Notes: generated by a model not told the origin, from the letters alone. Counted from the first letter of the stretch, positions 1 to 10,188 are shown. The stretch: DNA of 64,000 nucleotides from Alphaproteobacteria bacterium (GCA_965228895.1 OZ245842.1:2688001-2752000); one strand, 5' to 3'. A program made the numbers and translations.

Positions 1-854
1 GCGGCCCGCTGCGCGGCCGCATCGTTGGACGGCGCCATGCCGCTCAGGAACGTCATCAGGGCGGACGGGCCGCCCGCGTTGGCGTGAAACCAGTAGAAGA
101 ACACCGTCATGCCGTAGGAGATGTCGTGCAGGGGCGTGCCGGCCGCGACGCCCTCATCGAACTCGGTGGCCCGGCCCTGCATATCGCCCGCATCTGGCAG
201 GGCCAGCGTCGCGAAGTATTCGGCCGATCCCTCGCCCCACCAAATGCCGCCACCGGTCACCGTGCTGTACTGCTCCGGCGAGAGCGACTCCGCTTGAACG
301 CAGTGGAAGATCTCGTGCGCGATCGTCTGCGCGATGTCTTCGGGATGACCGCCAGGCCCGAACAGGTAGGCGGTGATCAGACATTCATCGTCCAGCGCCG
401 GACCGTTGGCGACACCCAGGATCGAGCGCTCAGGCTCGCCATCCGCCATCACCGACTCCTGATCGTCCAGGATCAGGATGGTGATGTCGTCGACCCGGTA
501 GTTGCCGAGCATACCCAGCGCGGCGATCGCGGCACGCGCGCCGCGTTCGACCTCAGGCAGCGCGCCCGGCCGAAAAGCCCAATCGGCGTTGATATCGCGG
601 ATGCCCCGCATGTTGCGTGTGCCGCCTGGCGTTTCATAGGGAATGTCGAACTCGACAATGCAGGTCAGGCCCGAGATGGGATCGTAGATTCCCGTCGCCT
701 CGCCCGAGGTGCCAAAGTCGCTCAGATAGTCGGCATCCATGCAGTCGCCGAACTCAGCGCGGATTGCTTGTGGGGTCAACACCAACACCGCCATGACAAA
801 GCAGGCCAGAACGAGACACGCTCCCCTTAGGGCCAACACGGTTGCCTTTGTCAC
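1..854 (-). CDS. Secreted gluzincin-type zinc metallopeptidase-like protein (runs off the left edge; absent from the ORF track)
   Basis: Manual translation from GTG 854 (AGGAAGG RBS at 861-867): hydrophobic signal peptide ending QAIRA-EF, then IAHEIFHCVQ (HExxH, about 303-317) and WWGEGSAEYF (third-ligand Glu). No stop codon before position 1. Confidence 0.8.
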   Translation of the reverse strand, partial: MTKATVLALRGACLVLACFVMAVLVLTPQAIRAEFGDCMDADYLSDFGTSGEATGIYDPISGLTCIVEFDIPYETPGGTRNMRGIRDINADWAFRPGALPEVERGARAAIAALGMLGNYRVDDITILILDDQESVMADGEPERSILGVANGPALDDECLITAYLFGPGGHPEDIAQTIAHEIFHCVQAESLSPEQYSTVTGGGIWWGEGSAEYFATLALPDAGDMQGRATEFDEGVAAGTPLHDISYGMTVFFYWFHANAGGPSALMTFLSGMAPSNDAAAQRA

Positions 855-1350
855 CTCGGACCTTCCTATCCGCGCTCGGTAGGCTGCTCGGATCTTAAGC
901 GAATTGATGTCAGTCTTACACCAGATCGACCTGAACTGTCACAGGACGGGCGTCGCTGGAAGGCCAGAACCGATCAGCGCTGGGCTGGCTCGAACGCGCG
1001 AGACCCTTTCGAACCCGCTATATGGACTCGCGACTCGAAAGGAGTTGTCGTCACAAAGCACGACACCAAACATCCGAAACAGTGCTCGTGAGCAACGGTA
1101 GCTGCGCTAACGCCGTCGCCTGGGCACGCGATTGCGATTTGAGCCGTACGACAAAATGCAGCGTAACTGGAAGCACCGGGTTCAACGCCAGCGTCGACCG
1201 AACGGCGTGTGCGAAGACAGCAATTGCCTTGACAGCTCATCGGTCAAGACCGATTGGTGTCGCCAAAGCGCGAAGCATGACGTCGAGCAGAATGTTCGGG
1301 ACTGGCCGTCGGCAAGCAGGCGCGGGACCCGGTCAGGGGACAGTACGTTG

Positions 1351-2676
1351 ATGGTGGACCGTCAGACTCAGCGACAAGAAGCGCTCGATGCCGCGGCACG
1401 CGGCGATCACCGTACGGCGTTGGTCCAATTGCGCAAGCTCGTTGAAGAAGCGCCAGGCTCATGGCTGCATCACGCCGATCTGGCGCGTGAGTATCGGTTA
1501 CTTGGCTATCTACAGGATACAATTACCAGCTTTCGCCAGGCCATTGCCTTGGAACCGGACCGGGCGGAACTGCGCTGCGAACTGATCGACGTCCTCAACC
1601 GCCTCGACCGAACGCGGGTGATCGAGATCGAGTGCAAGGAGCTGCTTGACCGATTGGCGAACCGCGCCGATGTCCTGTTGCCAGCAGCCATCGCGCTCGA
1701 AAAGAGCGACCAGGTTGACGCCGCATTGGCGGCGCTTCGACGCCTTCTTGAAATTAAGCCCGACCACTTCGACGCTGAACAACACCTTAGACGCCTCCAA
1801 ACCGAACGGATCCCGCCCTGGCACTTCGCTATGATGAACGACGAGCCGCGCAATCAAGCATACGAGGCCGCGTTGAAGCGGGCGGTGACGCCGGACAGCC
1901 ACGTTTTCGAGATCGGAACGGGGTCGGGCATTCTGGCCATGCTGGCGGCACGTGCCGGTGCCAAGCGTGTCACGACGTGCGAAGCCAACCCACAGATTGC
2001 CAGGGCAGCAGCCGACATCATCCGTCACAACGGTATGGAGCAATCGATCACCCTAATCCCTCGTCCGTCTTGGGAGCTTGACGCGGACAAGGACCTGGGT
2101 GGACCGGCCGATGTCCTGGTCGCGGAGATCCTGAGCGACACCCTGCTCGACGAAGGTGTCCTGCGCACGACACAGCAGGCACGTAAGACGCTGCTAAAAC
2201 CGGATGCGCAGCTTATCCCTTACGCCGTCTCTGCAATGGCCCGCCTTGTCGGCGGCGAGGCTCTTGCCATGACGACGATGGTGGGAACGGTCTCAGGTTT
2301 CGATCTGTCGCCCTTCAACCGCTACATCCCAGCATCGCTCTCCATCAACACAGATAGCCGCGACCTTTTGACGCTGAGTGACGACTTGGAGGTCTTCCGT
2401 TTCGATCTGACGGAGGCAGTTCCCGAACCCGAAGAACGGCACCTCAGCTGCACGGCGACCGCTGACGGCCTCTGTGTCGGGATCCTGCAGTGGGTGCGTC
2501 TTTATCTCGATCACGAAACGATCTTCGAGAATCGGCCTGCCGACCGGTTCGCTCCATCAGCATGGCGTCAAAGACTGTTTCCCTTCGCTGAGCCGCTAGA
2601 AGTCTGCGCCGGCGACACAGTCGCCTTCCGGGCGGTCCACAACGTCGCAAGCCTTGCCTTTGACAGAATGACCTGA
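1351..2676 (+). CDS. TPR-repeat + PRMT-type (protein arginine N-methyltransferase-like) SAM-dependent methyltransferase
   Basis: Likely start ATG 1351 after AGGGGA (ORF track starts at 1132). N-terminal TPR-like helices, WHFAMMNDEPRNQAY, motif I VFEIGTGSG, double-E loop AEILSDTLLDEG, GFDLSPFN arm, SAWRQ (THW-loop equivalent). Confidence 0.85.
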   Translation: MVDRQTQRQEALDAAARGDHRTALVQLRKLVEEAPGSWLHHADLAREYRLLGYLQDTITSFRQAIALEPDRAELRCELIDVLNRLDRTRVIEIECKELLDRLANRADVLLPAAIALEKSDQVDAALAALRRLLEIKPDHFDAEQHLRRLQTERIPPWHFAMMNDEPRNQAYEAALKRAVTPDSHVFEIGTGSGILAMLAARAGAKRVTTCEANPQIARAAADIIRHNGMEQSITLIPRPSWELDADKDLGGPADVLVAEILSDTLLDEGVLRTTQQARKTLLKPDAQLIPYAVSAMARLVGGEALAMTTMVGTVSGFDLSPFNRYIPASLSINTDSRDLLTLSDDLEVFRFDLTEAVPEPEERHLSCTATADGLCVGILQWVRLYLDHETIFENRPADRFAPSAWRQRLFPFAEPLEVCAGDTVAFRAVHNVASLAFDRMT

Positions 2677-3018
2677 CTCTCCCGCAGGACACGGCTTCGG
2701 TGCTCTGCGCGAGCCTTCTCTCCAAAAAAGCTGGTCCTTGGTCAACGTTGACCACCCAACAAAAAGCCTCTGCGAGTCCACGGCTTGGAAGGGCTTGTGG
2801 TGGGGGTTCGGATGTGATCACCACGTGTTGCGCCAAGCTGTTGGGCTCTGAAAACGCAACACTGGCAGCACCGAATGGGAAGCCCGGGCTAACGCTCCGT
2901 CAGTTCGTTGTCGCCGATCGTCCGGTATGCCGGCATCGAATCTTTGCCGAGCGGGGCTGGTGGCGGCAACCGTCGGGAAGGCGTACATTGGACGAAGGGT
3001 CATCGTTCGTGGGTGCAG

Positions 3019-4716
3019 ATGTCGCAGGAAACTCCAAGGCAAACACAGCCTCTCGGCGTTCGTGCGTTTGTTGGGGTTTGCGGCGCGGGCGCAAGCAAGC
3101 TCGACAACCTGGATACTGTCTGTGGCAAACCGACCACCCGTTTGCGTGTCGGACCGACGTTGGTTGCGCTTGTCGGGCGAGACGAAGGCCCCCTCGCCTT
3201 TGATCAGTCGGTCAACGCACAAATCGTCTTTACCGGCCGGCCATTTGTCGATGATCGGCTGCTCGGAACCTGTCTGTTCGATGAGGGCGCGATCCCGGCA
3301 CCCGACCAAATCGACGGCAAGTTTGCCTGCCTCGTTCTCAAACCCGATGGGCTGGAGCTTCTGACGGATTTTATCGGCGCGGGCGCGGTGTTCTATGCTG
3401 TGGAAGGCGGGCGCCTTTATTTTGGCTCGCATCTGGGCCTGCTCGTGGCCGCCCTGCCCCATGCGCCCGAACTGAACGACATCGGGATTGCAAGCCAGCT
3501 TACCGGCGTACAGCTGTTCGACGAAACCCACTTCAGCGGGACATACAGACTAAAGGCGGGCGCTCAGCTGAGCGCCATCCTTAACACCGATCAGACAATC
3601 GACGTCCGCCAGTCCCACGGCAGTGGCATTCGCGGCTTGCTGGATATCGATGTCCCGCCGCTTACGACGGCCTCCTTTCGCGCTATGTTGGATAGCGGTG
3701 TCGCGCGCGAAGCCTACGACGCCAACTCCATCCTCATGCTGTCCGGCGGCCGGGATTCGCTCGCGATTGCCCTGGCGCACGCACCGACCCCGACACGCTG
3801 CGCCACCTATGGCGAGCCCAAGTCCATGGACGTGCTGAGGGCCAAACGGAGGGCCCGACGGCTCGGCCTGGAGTTCATGGCTGTGCCCTATCAGGACTGG
3901 ACGCTCGAAACCTACCAGGACCAGATCGTGGCGCTCAGTGCCGGGTGTTCGGGCTTGCAGACGGCGCACAACATCGTCGGTTTCGACTGGGTCAGCGAAA
4001 GGGCCAACCTGGCGTCCATCGGTTACCTTGGCGACGTGTTCAGAGACGCGCCGTTACGTGCGATGGAGGACGGTGCTGACGAAAGCGCTGTGCCGCCGCT
4101 CCTGGCGTTAAGGTTCAACGACCCGATCCTGAAGGACGTCTTCGCCAAAGAGCGTGAGACGATGTCAGAGTTCATCCTGGATACGTTTCGCGACCTCGCC
4201 CGCGACGTCGGCCCGCACAAAGCGCTCATGATCCTGCGTTTGCAATGGCATCAGGCGCGGTGGATCTCCATGACCTTTGACCTGTGCGACTGGTTTCTGC
4301 CCATCTCCTATCCCCTCATGCAACGCGATCTGATCGGTGCTTGGCTTCAGTGCGACCTGGAAAACCCGAAGGCTCGAGAGCACTTCAAACTCGCTCTGGC
4401 CGAAAGGCTGGCTGAACGTGGCTTTGCTGAAAACGCGCGCGGCAGCATTCCTGAACGGGTATGGAACAAGTTACTGGCGACCGTCACCAAGCTGAACAGA
4501 GGCGGTCGCGTCGTAAATCTTTGTGATTGGCAAGCGGTCATCGAGCGATCGCAATTCCGGCCAGAGAACTTTGATTGCGGCCATGACCGGTTGTCGGACT
4601 ACACCAGCCGTTCATGGGAGATCGTCCAGGCGGGGACCGAGCGAACCAACCTCAAACCGGCCGTCTATTCCGCCACCGCCATTGCCGCGGCAACCATGCG
4701 GTTCTCGCGAGGATAA
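3019..4716 (+). CDS. Asparagine synthetase-like ATP-dependent amide ligase (degenerate Ntn glutaminase domain + PP-loop domain)
   Basis: DGKFAC...TDFIG..AVFY...LYFGSH (Ntn-domain-like), LSGGRDS PP-loop, GYLGD. Start uncertain (ATG 3019 preferred over 2908). Confidence 0.75.
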   Translation: MSQETPRQTQPLGVRAFVGVCGAGASKLDNLDTVCGKPTTRLRVGPTLVALVGRDEGPLAFDQSVNAQIVFTGRPFVDDRLLGTCLFDEGAIPAPDQIDGKFACLVLKPDGLELLTDFIGAGAVFYAVEGGRLYFGSHLGLLVAALPHAPELNDIGIASQLTGVQLFDETHFSGTYRLKAGAQLSAILNTDQTIDVRQSHGSGIRGLLDIDVPPLTTASFRAMLDSGVAREAYDANSILMLSGGRDSLAIALAHAPTPTRCATYGEPKSMDVLRAKRRARRLGLEFMAVPYQDWTLETYQDQIVALSAGCSGLQTAHNIVGFDWVSERANLASIGYLGDVFRDAPLRAMEDGADESAVPPLLALRFNDPILKDVFAKERETMSEFILDTFRDLARDVGPHKALMILRLQWHQARWISMTFDLCDWFLPISYPLMQRDLIGAWLQCDLENPKAREHFKLALAERLAERGFAENARGSIPERVWNKLLATVTKLNRGGRVVNLCDWQAVIERSQFRPENFDCGHDRLSDYTSRSWEIVQAGTERTNLKPAVYSATAIAAATMRFSRG

Positions 4717-4797
4717 GGCTTGTCACCGTGGCCGGAACGTCGCCTGTACGCCGCCCCGGCAAACAGGGTGAACGTGACGGCACTTGGTTGAGAAATT

Positions 4798-4873
4798 TGG
4801 TAGCGGAGGAGGGACTCGAACCCCCGACACAGGGATTATGATTCCCCTGCTCTACCGACTGAGCTACTCCGCC
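4798..4873 (-). tRNA. tRNA-Met (CAT), probably elongator
   Basis: GGCGGAGTAGCTCAGTCGGTAGAGCAGGGGAATCATAATCCCTGTGTCGGGGGTTCGAGTCCCTCCTCCGCTACCA: 76 nt cloverleaf, anticodon CAT, encoded CCA, paired 1:72 (not initiator). Confidence 0.95.
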
Positions 4874-4889
4874 CCAGAAAGGTCCGCCG

Positions 4890-4918
4890 CATATAGAGTT
4901 GCGCTTCGGCCAAGTCAA
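4890..4918 (-). promoter_or_regulatory. Sigma70-type promoter of tRNA-Met
   Basis: TTGACT-N17-TATATG on the minus strand, just upstream of the tRNA. Confidence 0.7.
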
Positions 4919-4941
4919 GCCGGCGGCGCGCCCGATTGGGT

Positions 4942-6060
4942 CTAGGCGGCCAGCGCCTCGCGCCGGTCGATCCAGCCGCCGCCGATGACGCGGTCGCCGT
5001 CATAGAGGACGCAGGCCTGGCCGGGCGCAATCGCCTCGGCCGGCTCGTTGAGGACGACGCGGGCGCGGTCGCCCTCGAGCGGGGTCACATGGGCGGGCTT
5101 GGGCGCCTGCATGGAGCGCAGCTTGACCTCGCCCGGCAGGCCCTCGTCCGGCAGACCGCCGCCGTCGATCCAGTTGACGTCGCTGATGGTGAGGCTGGTC
5201 TCCTGAAGCGCTTCGCGCGGACCGACGACAACCCGGTGACGGTCGGGCTCCAGCCGCAGCACGAACAACGGTTCGGCGGCGGCGATGCCGATGCCGCGGC
5301 GCTGACCGACGGTGAAGTGGATGATGCCATCGTGGCGGCCCAGCACATTGCCCGCCTGGTCGACGATGTCGCCGGGCTCGATGGCGCCGGGCCGGAGCTT
5401 GGCGACAACGCCGGCATAGTCGCCGTTGGGCACGAAGCAGATGTCCTGGCTGTCGGGCTTGTCAGCGATGGCGAGGCCGAAGCGGGTGGCATGCGCCCTC
5501 ACCTCCGCCTTGGTCATGGCGCCGATCGGGAAGCGCAGCATGGCCAGTTGGTCGGCCGTGGTGGCGAACAGGAAGTAGCTCTGGTCGCGCGCCTGTTCGG
5601 CACCGCGATGAAGCTCCGGGCCGTTCGGGCCGTCGATACGCTGGACGTAATGGCCGGTCGCCAGACAGTCGGCGCCCAGATCCCTGGCCGTCGTCATGAG
5701 GTCGGCGAACTTGACCCGCTGGTTGCAGCGCACGCAGGGGATCGGCGTCGCGCCGGCCAGGTAGGTATCGGCGAAATCATCCATGACCGCCTGGCGGAAG
5801 CGCGACTCATAGTCCAGCACGTAGTGCGGCATATCGAGCATCTGGGCGACGCGGCGGGCGTCGTGCACATCGGTGCCGGCGCAGCAGCTTCCCGGACGCT
5901 GGATCGCCTGGCCGTGGTCATAAAGCTGCAGCGTGATGCCGACCACGTCATAGCCGGCCTCGGCGAGCAGCGCGGCCGTGACCGAGCTGTCGACGCCGCC
6001 CGACATGGCGACGACGACCCGGGTGGCCGCTTCCGGCTTATCGAATCCAAGCGTGTTCAT
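4942..6060 (-). CDS. mnmA: tRNA-specific 2-thiouridylase MnmA
   Basis: [10 protein letters not shown]-loop, [38 protein letters not shown]. Start at 6060 or 6072. Confidence 0.97.
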   Translation of the reverse strand: MNTLGFDKPEAATRVVVAMSGGVDSSVTAALLAEAGYDVVGITLQLYDHGQAIQRPGSCCAGTDVHDARRVAQMLDMPHYVLDYESRFRQAVMDDFADTYLAGATPIPCVRCNQRVKFADLMTTARDLGADCLATGHYVQRIDGPNGPELHRGAEQARDQSYFLFATTADQLAMLRFPIGAMTKAEVRAHATRFGLAIADKPDSQDICFVPNGDYAGVVAKLRPGAIEPGDIVDQAGNVLGRHDGIIHFTVGQRRGIGIAAAEPLFVLRLEPDRHRVVVGPREALQETSLTISDVNWIDGGGLPDEGLPGEVKLRSMQAPKPAHVTPLEGDRARVVLNEPAEAIAPGQACVLYDGDRVIGGGWIDRREALAA

Positions 6061-6091
6061 GGCCCGCAACATAGGGCGGAAGGCGCGGGGT

Positions 6092-7426
6092 TCAAGTGTT
6101 GAGGATCTCGACCAGGCGCGCGACCGGGCTGGCATCGCGGGCGAGACCGAGCGGCACCGAGAAGTGACCCTGGCGCCGGATGAAGAGATTTTCGTCGGGA
6201 ATCCGCCACCTCTGGGCGAAGGCCAGGCCGCCGGGGAACGGCGTGATCGTGTCGTGGCTGCCCTGCATCATGATGATGCGCTCGGGATCGATGCCGGGCT
6301 CGCCGATCGGCGCGGTCAGCGGCAGCCAGCCGTGAACCTGGTCACGGGTCCAGCCGACCTTGGCGAAGGCCTCGGCGGTGCGGAAGCCGGTCGCGAAACT
6401 GCCGTCCCAGGCGACTTCGTCGAGCCGGTCCGTGGTGGTGATCAGAAGCGCGGCGTCCGGTCGCATGGCCTCGGGCCAGGTGTCGGCATGGGCAACGGCA
6501 AGCTGGCTGTTCAGCGCCCCCATGCTGATGCCGCCGATACCCACCCTGCCCGGCCCGGTCGCGCGCGCCCAGCCGATCAGGCAGGCGATTTCGGCAACAT
6601 GGGCCTGGAACTCTTCGACGGCGCCGATCGGGCCATCGGCGACAAACGGCTCGCCGCCATGGACGCCCGGGGGACGTCGGCGCCCATGCCATGGCGCCTC
6701 AGGCTCAATGACACGAACGCGCCGCCCGGCAAACTGCGGCGCGAAGTGCAGCGAGCTGTCCCACATATCGGCCTCGATACCGATGCCGTGGCACATGATC
6801 ACCGTGTGGTCGTAGCCATCGGGCGGCTCGAAGACATGGGCCCAGACGGTGTCGCCCATGGCGGCGTTCGGACTAGGGAAACGCAGCCACGAGTGAACGA
6901 AACCGTCGGCGTGCACGGCGCGCGACTGATCGACCGAGGGTGGGTTCGACGGCGCCGCGAAGAAGGCCGCGGGGTCGGCGCAATGTGCGCCATAGCGGCG
7001 TTGCGCTTCGTCCGGCGTGATCGTCGAAAAACGAATAGCCGGCGCGCGACGACGCAAGAAGCGAAACCGCATGCGCGCCATCATGTAGGCGCCGACCGAC
7101 TGGCGCCGGCGCGCCGTCATGTCGTCAAGCCGCGCGCCCTTGCTGCCTGCGAACATCGCGTCCTGCCAGTCGAGCTCGGCCCGTTCGGCACTGGCCCGCG
7201 CCAACATGGTGTGCGCCAGGGCGTTTTGCAGGCGCGCGCGCCGGCTGCCGTTCGGGATGTCCATCGGTACGTTTGCCGCATAGTCGGCCAGGTCGTCGCC
7301 GGCGGTTTCGGTCGCCGCCCACAGCCGCGAGATGGGAAAATAGGTGCCGACCATGAAACGCAAGGCGAGCCGGTCGAACCAGGGCCTGAGGATCAGACCG
7401 CCGAGCGGGCCTTCGAAGAGTCGCAT
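6092..7426 (-). CDS. Alpha/beta-fold serine hydrolase (DUF2048/ABHD18-like)
   Basis: MCHG, PWHGRRR, GGISMG nucleophile elbow, HDTITP Asp, QGH His. Confidence 0.75.
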   Translation of the reverse strand: MRLFEGPLGGLILRPWFDRLALRFMVGTYFPISRLWAATETAGDDLADYAANVPMDIPNGSRRARLQNALAHTMLARASAERAELDWQDAMFAGSKGARLDDMTARRRQSVGAYMMARMRFRFLRRRAPAIRFSTITPDEAQRRYGAHCADPAAFFAAPSNPPSVDQSRAVHADGFVHSWLRFPSPNAAMGDTVWAHVFEPPDGYDHTVIMCHGIGIEADMWDSSLHFAPQFAGRRVRVIEPEAPWHGRRRPPGVHGGEPFVADGPIGAVEEFQAHVAEIACLIGWARATGPGRVGIGGISMGALNSQLAVAHADTWPEAMRPDAALLITTTDRLDEVAWDGSFATGFRTAEAFAKVGWTRDQVHGWLPLTAPIGEPGIDPERIIMMQGSHDTITPFPGGLAFAQRWRIPDENLFIRRQGHFSVPLGLARDASPVARLVEILNT

Positions 7427-7468
7427 GTTTCGGCTGATGGTTGCGTCCGCCTAGGGTGGGTCTGGACC

Positions 7469-7801
7469 CTAGTCTGCCATCATGTTGCGGGTTTCCGACG
7501 GCAACGCGACGGTCAGACCGTCCAGTTCCTCGGTCACGATGATCTGGCAACCGAGCCTGGACGTCTTGGTCAGACCGAACGCGAGGTCGAGCATATCCTC
7601 CTCGTCCTCGGTCGGTTCCTGGAGGCGGTCGAAATCATCGTCGTCGACAATGACGTGGCAGGTGGAGCATGCCAGCGACCCCTCGCACGCACCTTCGATG
7701 TCGATGTTGTTGCGATGCGCGAGTTCCAATAGGGAAAGGCCCACCGGGGCATCGACCTCGATCCGGGTGCCGTCCCGGTCAATAAACGTCACTTTGGGCA
7801 T
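7469..7801 (-). CDS. fdx: ISC-type [2Fe-2S] ferredoxin
   Basis: True start MPKVTF at 7801 with GGAG RBS; [12 protein letters not shown] and SRLGCQ. Confidence 0.95.
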   Translation of the reverse strand: MPKVTFIDRDGTRIEVDAPVGLSLLELAHRNNIDIEGACEGSLACSTCHVIVDDDDFDRLQEPTEDEEDMLDLAFGLTKTSRLGCQIIVTEELDGLTVALPSETRNMMAD

Positions 7802-7868
7802 ACATACTCCGTTCTTGCGGCGCGCTTTTAATCCGAACCGGCGGTTCGCGTCCACCCCCAGCGGGTGG

Positions 7869-9053
7869 TTACGCTGCCGTGGAGTGCTGGCGAAGCCTGG
7901 AAACCGCCTCGACGAGATGGTCGAGGGCGAACTCGATTTCGGCCTCGGTCGAAAACCGTCCCAGGCCAATGCGGATTGAACTGCCGGCGCGCTCGTCGTC
8001 GAGGCCCAGGGCTCTGAGTACATAGGATGGCTCAACGACAGCCGAGGTGCAGGCCGAGCCGGTCGAGATGGCGACGTCCGGCATGGCGTCAATAAGATCA
8101 AGCGCCTTGATGCCGTCAAAGGCGATGTTCAGGTTGGCCGCCAGACGGTGATCGGGATCGCCGTTCAACGCAACACCGGGAATACGGTCCTGGATGCCCT
8201 GCCACAGGTGGTCGCGCAGCGCGCCCAGACGCCGGGCTTCTTCGGCCATGTCCTGCTTGGCAATCGCGGCGGCCTCGCCAAGACCGACGACCAGCGGTGT
8301 GGGGACGGTGCCGGAGCGGATCGTGCGCTCCTGCCCGCCACCGGAAAACAACGGTTCCAGCCGGGCCCGTGGCCGCCGGCGCATAAAGAGCACGCCGATA
8401 CCCTTGGGGCCATAAACCTTGTGACCGGAGATACTCATCAGGTCGATCGCCATGGCCTCGACGTCGATCGGTGTCTTGCCGATCGCCTGGGCGGCATCGG
8501 TGTGGAACATCACGCCGCGTTCCCTGGCCAACGCACCGATCTGCTCCATCGGCTGCAACACGCCGATCTCATTGTTCGCCGCCATGATCGAGACCAGCAG
8601 CGTCCGGTCATCGACCGCGGCGTCCAGCGCAGCGAGGTCGACCAGCCCATTTGCATCGACGGGCAGAAAGACCGTCTCGAAACCTTCCGGCTCCATCGCC
8701 TTGACGCTCTCGATGACACACTTGTGCTCGGTGACAACCGTGACGATCTTGTCGCGCTGATTGCGATGTGCACGTTCGAAGCGGGCGGCGCCCTTGATCG
8801 CCAGGTTGTTCGATTCCGTCGCGCCGGAGGTGAAGACGATCTCGCGCGGGTCGGCGTTCACGAGATCGGCGATCTTGCCTCTCGCCTCCTCGACCGCCTC
8901 GGCGGACTCGCGGCCGAGCGCGTGGCTGGTCGAGTGCGGATTGCCGAACTTCTCGGTGAACCACGGCAGCATGGCGTCGAGCGCGCGCGGATCGACCGGC
9001 GTCGTCGACTGATAGTCCAGATAGACCGGTGTCTTGATGTTGCGCTCTGTCAT
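7869..9053 (-). CDS. iscS: Cysteine desulfurase IscS
   Basis: [36 protein letters not shown]. Confidence 0.93.
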   Translation of the reverse strand: MTERNIKTPVYLDYQSTTPVDPRALDAMLPWFTEKFGNPHSTSHALGRESAEAVEEARGKIADLVNADPREIVFTSGATESNNLAIKGAARFERAHRNQRDKIVTVVTEHKCVIESVKAMEPEGFETVFLPVDANGLVDLAALDAAVDDRTLLVSIMAANNEIGVLQPMEQIGALARERGVMFHTDAAQAIGKTPIDVEAMAIDLMSISGHKVYGPKGIGVLFMRRRPRARLEPLFSGGGQERTIRSGTVPTPLVVGLGEAAAIAKQDMAEEARRLGALRDHLWQGIQDRIPGVALNGDPDHRLAANLNIAFDGIKALDLIDAMPDVAISTGSACTSAVVEPSYVLRALGLDDERAGSSIRIGLGRFSTEAEIEFALDHLVEAVSRLRQHSTAA

Positions 9054-9066
9054 CGTGCCCTACCTC

Positions 9067-10170
9067 TTACGCGGCATGCTGGCCGCCGCCAAGTCGCTGG
9101 CTGATATCTGCCCACGCCGCCACGAGCAGCTCGATATCACGATCGGTGGTCGCCCAGCCATGGCTGACGCGTATGGTACTGGCGGCGACATCGCCGCGCC
9201 CCATGGCGGTTAGCACGTGTGACGGCCCGACCTTGCCCGACGAACAGGCCGACCCGGCGCTGACGGCAATGCCGGCCAGATCAAAGGCCATGACCAGGGT
9301 CTCCGCGCCGGCGCCGGGCATGGCGAGCGCACTGGTGTTGTCCAGGCGTTCGGCATCGGCGGCCATCACCTCGGCTCTCGGCGTCAACGCCATGACATCG
9401 GCTTCCAACCGATCACGGCGACCGCGCCACGAATCCAGGTCGTCATCCAAACAAGCGCGTGCGGCAGCGCCGAAGCCAGCGATCGCAGGCAACGCTTCCG
9501 TGCCCCCTCGCAGACCGAGTTCCTGGCCGCCGCCGCGCATGAGCGGGCGAAGCTCAAGGTCCCGCTTGCGCACAAGCGCGCCGGCGCCGGCCGGTCCGCC
9601 AAGTTTGTGACCGGACAACGTCATGAGGTCCGCGTCGATTGCGTGCAGATCGGCCTTGCCCGCCGCCTGCACCGCGTCGACATGCAAAAGCGCATCGTGG
9701 CGCCGCACGACGGCGGCAATATCGGTCAGGGGCTGAATCACACCGGTCTCGTTATTGGCCGCCATAACCGAGACAAGGGCGCTACCCGGACCCGGCGCCA
9801 GAAGCGCATCCAACGTCCCCGGTTGAACGCGGCCCTCACCATCGACAGGAATCGTGACGGCGTCATCACGGGCATTCAGGACCGAGGGGTGTTCGACCGC
9901 GGAGACCAGCACGCGTTCGGCCTTGAGACCGTTCAACGCCATCTGGTTGGCTTCCGTGCCACCTGACGTGAACGTCACCAGACGCGGCGCCACACCGGCC
10001 AGGGCCGCGACGTCTTCGCGCGCGGTCTCCAGAAGTGACCGCGCCCGTCGGCCGAAACCGTGCACGGAGGACGGGTTGCCGGTCACGCCCAGCGCAGCGA
10101 GAACGGCGTCGCGGGCTTGCGGCCGCAGCAGTGCGGTGGCGTTGTAATCGAGGTAAACGCGGTCGGTCAT
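9067..10170 (-). CDS. Second cysteine desulfurase (NifS/IscS family)
   Basis: YLDYNAT, TSGGTEAN, SGHKLGGP, SAGSACSSG. Confidence 0.93.
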   Translation of the reverse strand: MTDRVYLDYNATALLRPQARDAVLAALGVTGNPSSVHGFGRRARSLLETAREDVAALAGVAPRLVTFTSGGTEANQMALNGLKAERVLVSAVEHPSVLNARDDAVTIPVDGEGRVQPGTLDALLAPGPGSALVSVMAANNETGVIQPLTDIAAVVRRHDALLHVDAVQAAGKADLHAIDADLMTLSGHKLGGPAGAGALVRKRDLELRPLMRGGGQELGLRGGTEALPAIAGFGAAARACLDDDLDSWRGRRDRLEADVMALTPRAEVMAADAERLDNTSALAMPGAGAETLVMAFDLAGIAVSAGSACSSGKVGPSHVLTAMGRGDVAASTIRVSHGWATTDRDIELLVAAWADISQRLGGGQHAA

Positions 10171-10188
10171 GGTGCGGACAGCTGCTTC

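Noticed and set aside
84-830. 248-aa plus-strand ORF
   Set aside because: Antisense shadow of the minus-strand peptidase, which has an RBS, signal peptide and catalytic motif.
855-1350. Small ORFs as possible RiPP/lasso precursors; AAAGGAG at about 1038
   Set aside because: No lasso leader (YxxP, penultimate Thr) or core pattern, and no start codon at a usable distance from the SD-like sequence.
1-4797. Integrase or att duplicate of the tRNA 3' end
   Set aside because: Neither was found in the window, so the region is not called a mobile element.
4936-7732. Long plus-strand ORFs (388 aa, 584 aa)
   Set aside because: Shadow frames opposite mnmA, the hydrolase and fdx; expected in GC-rich DNA.
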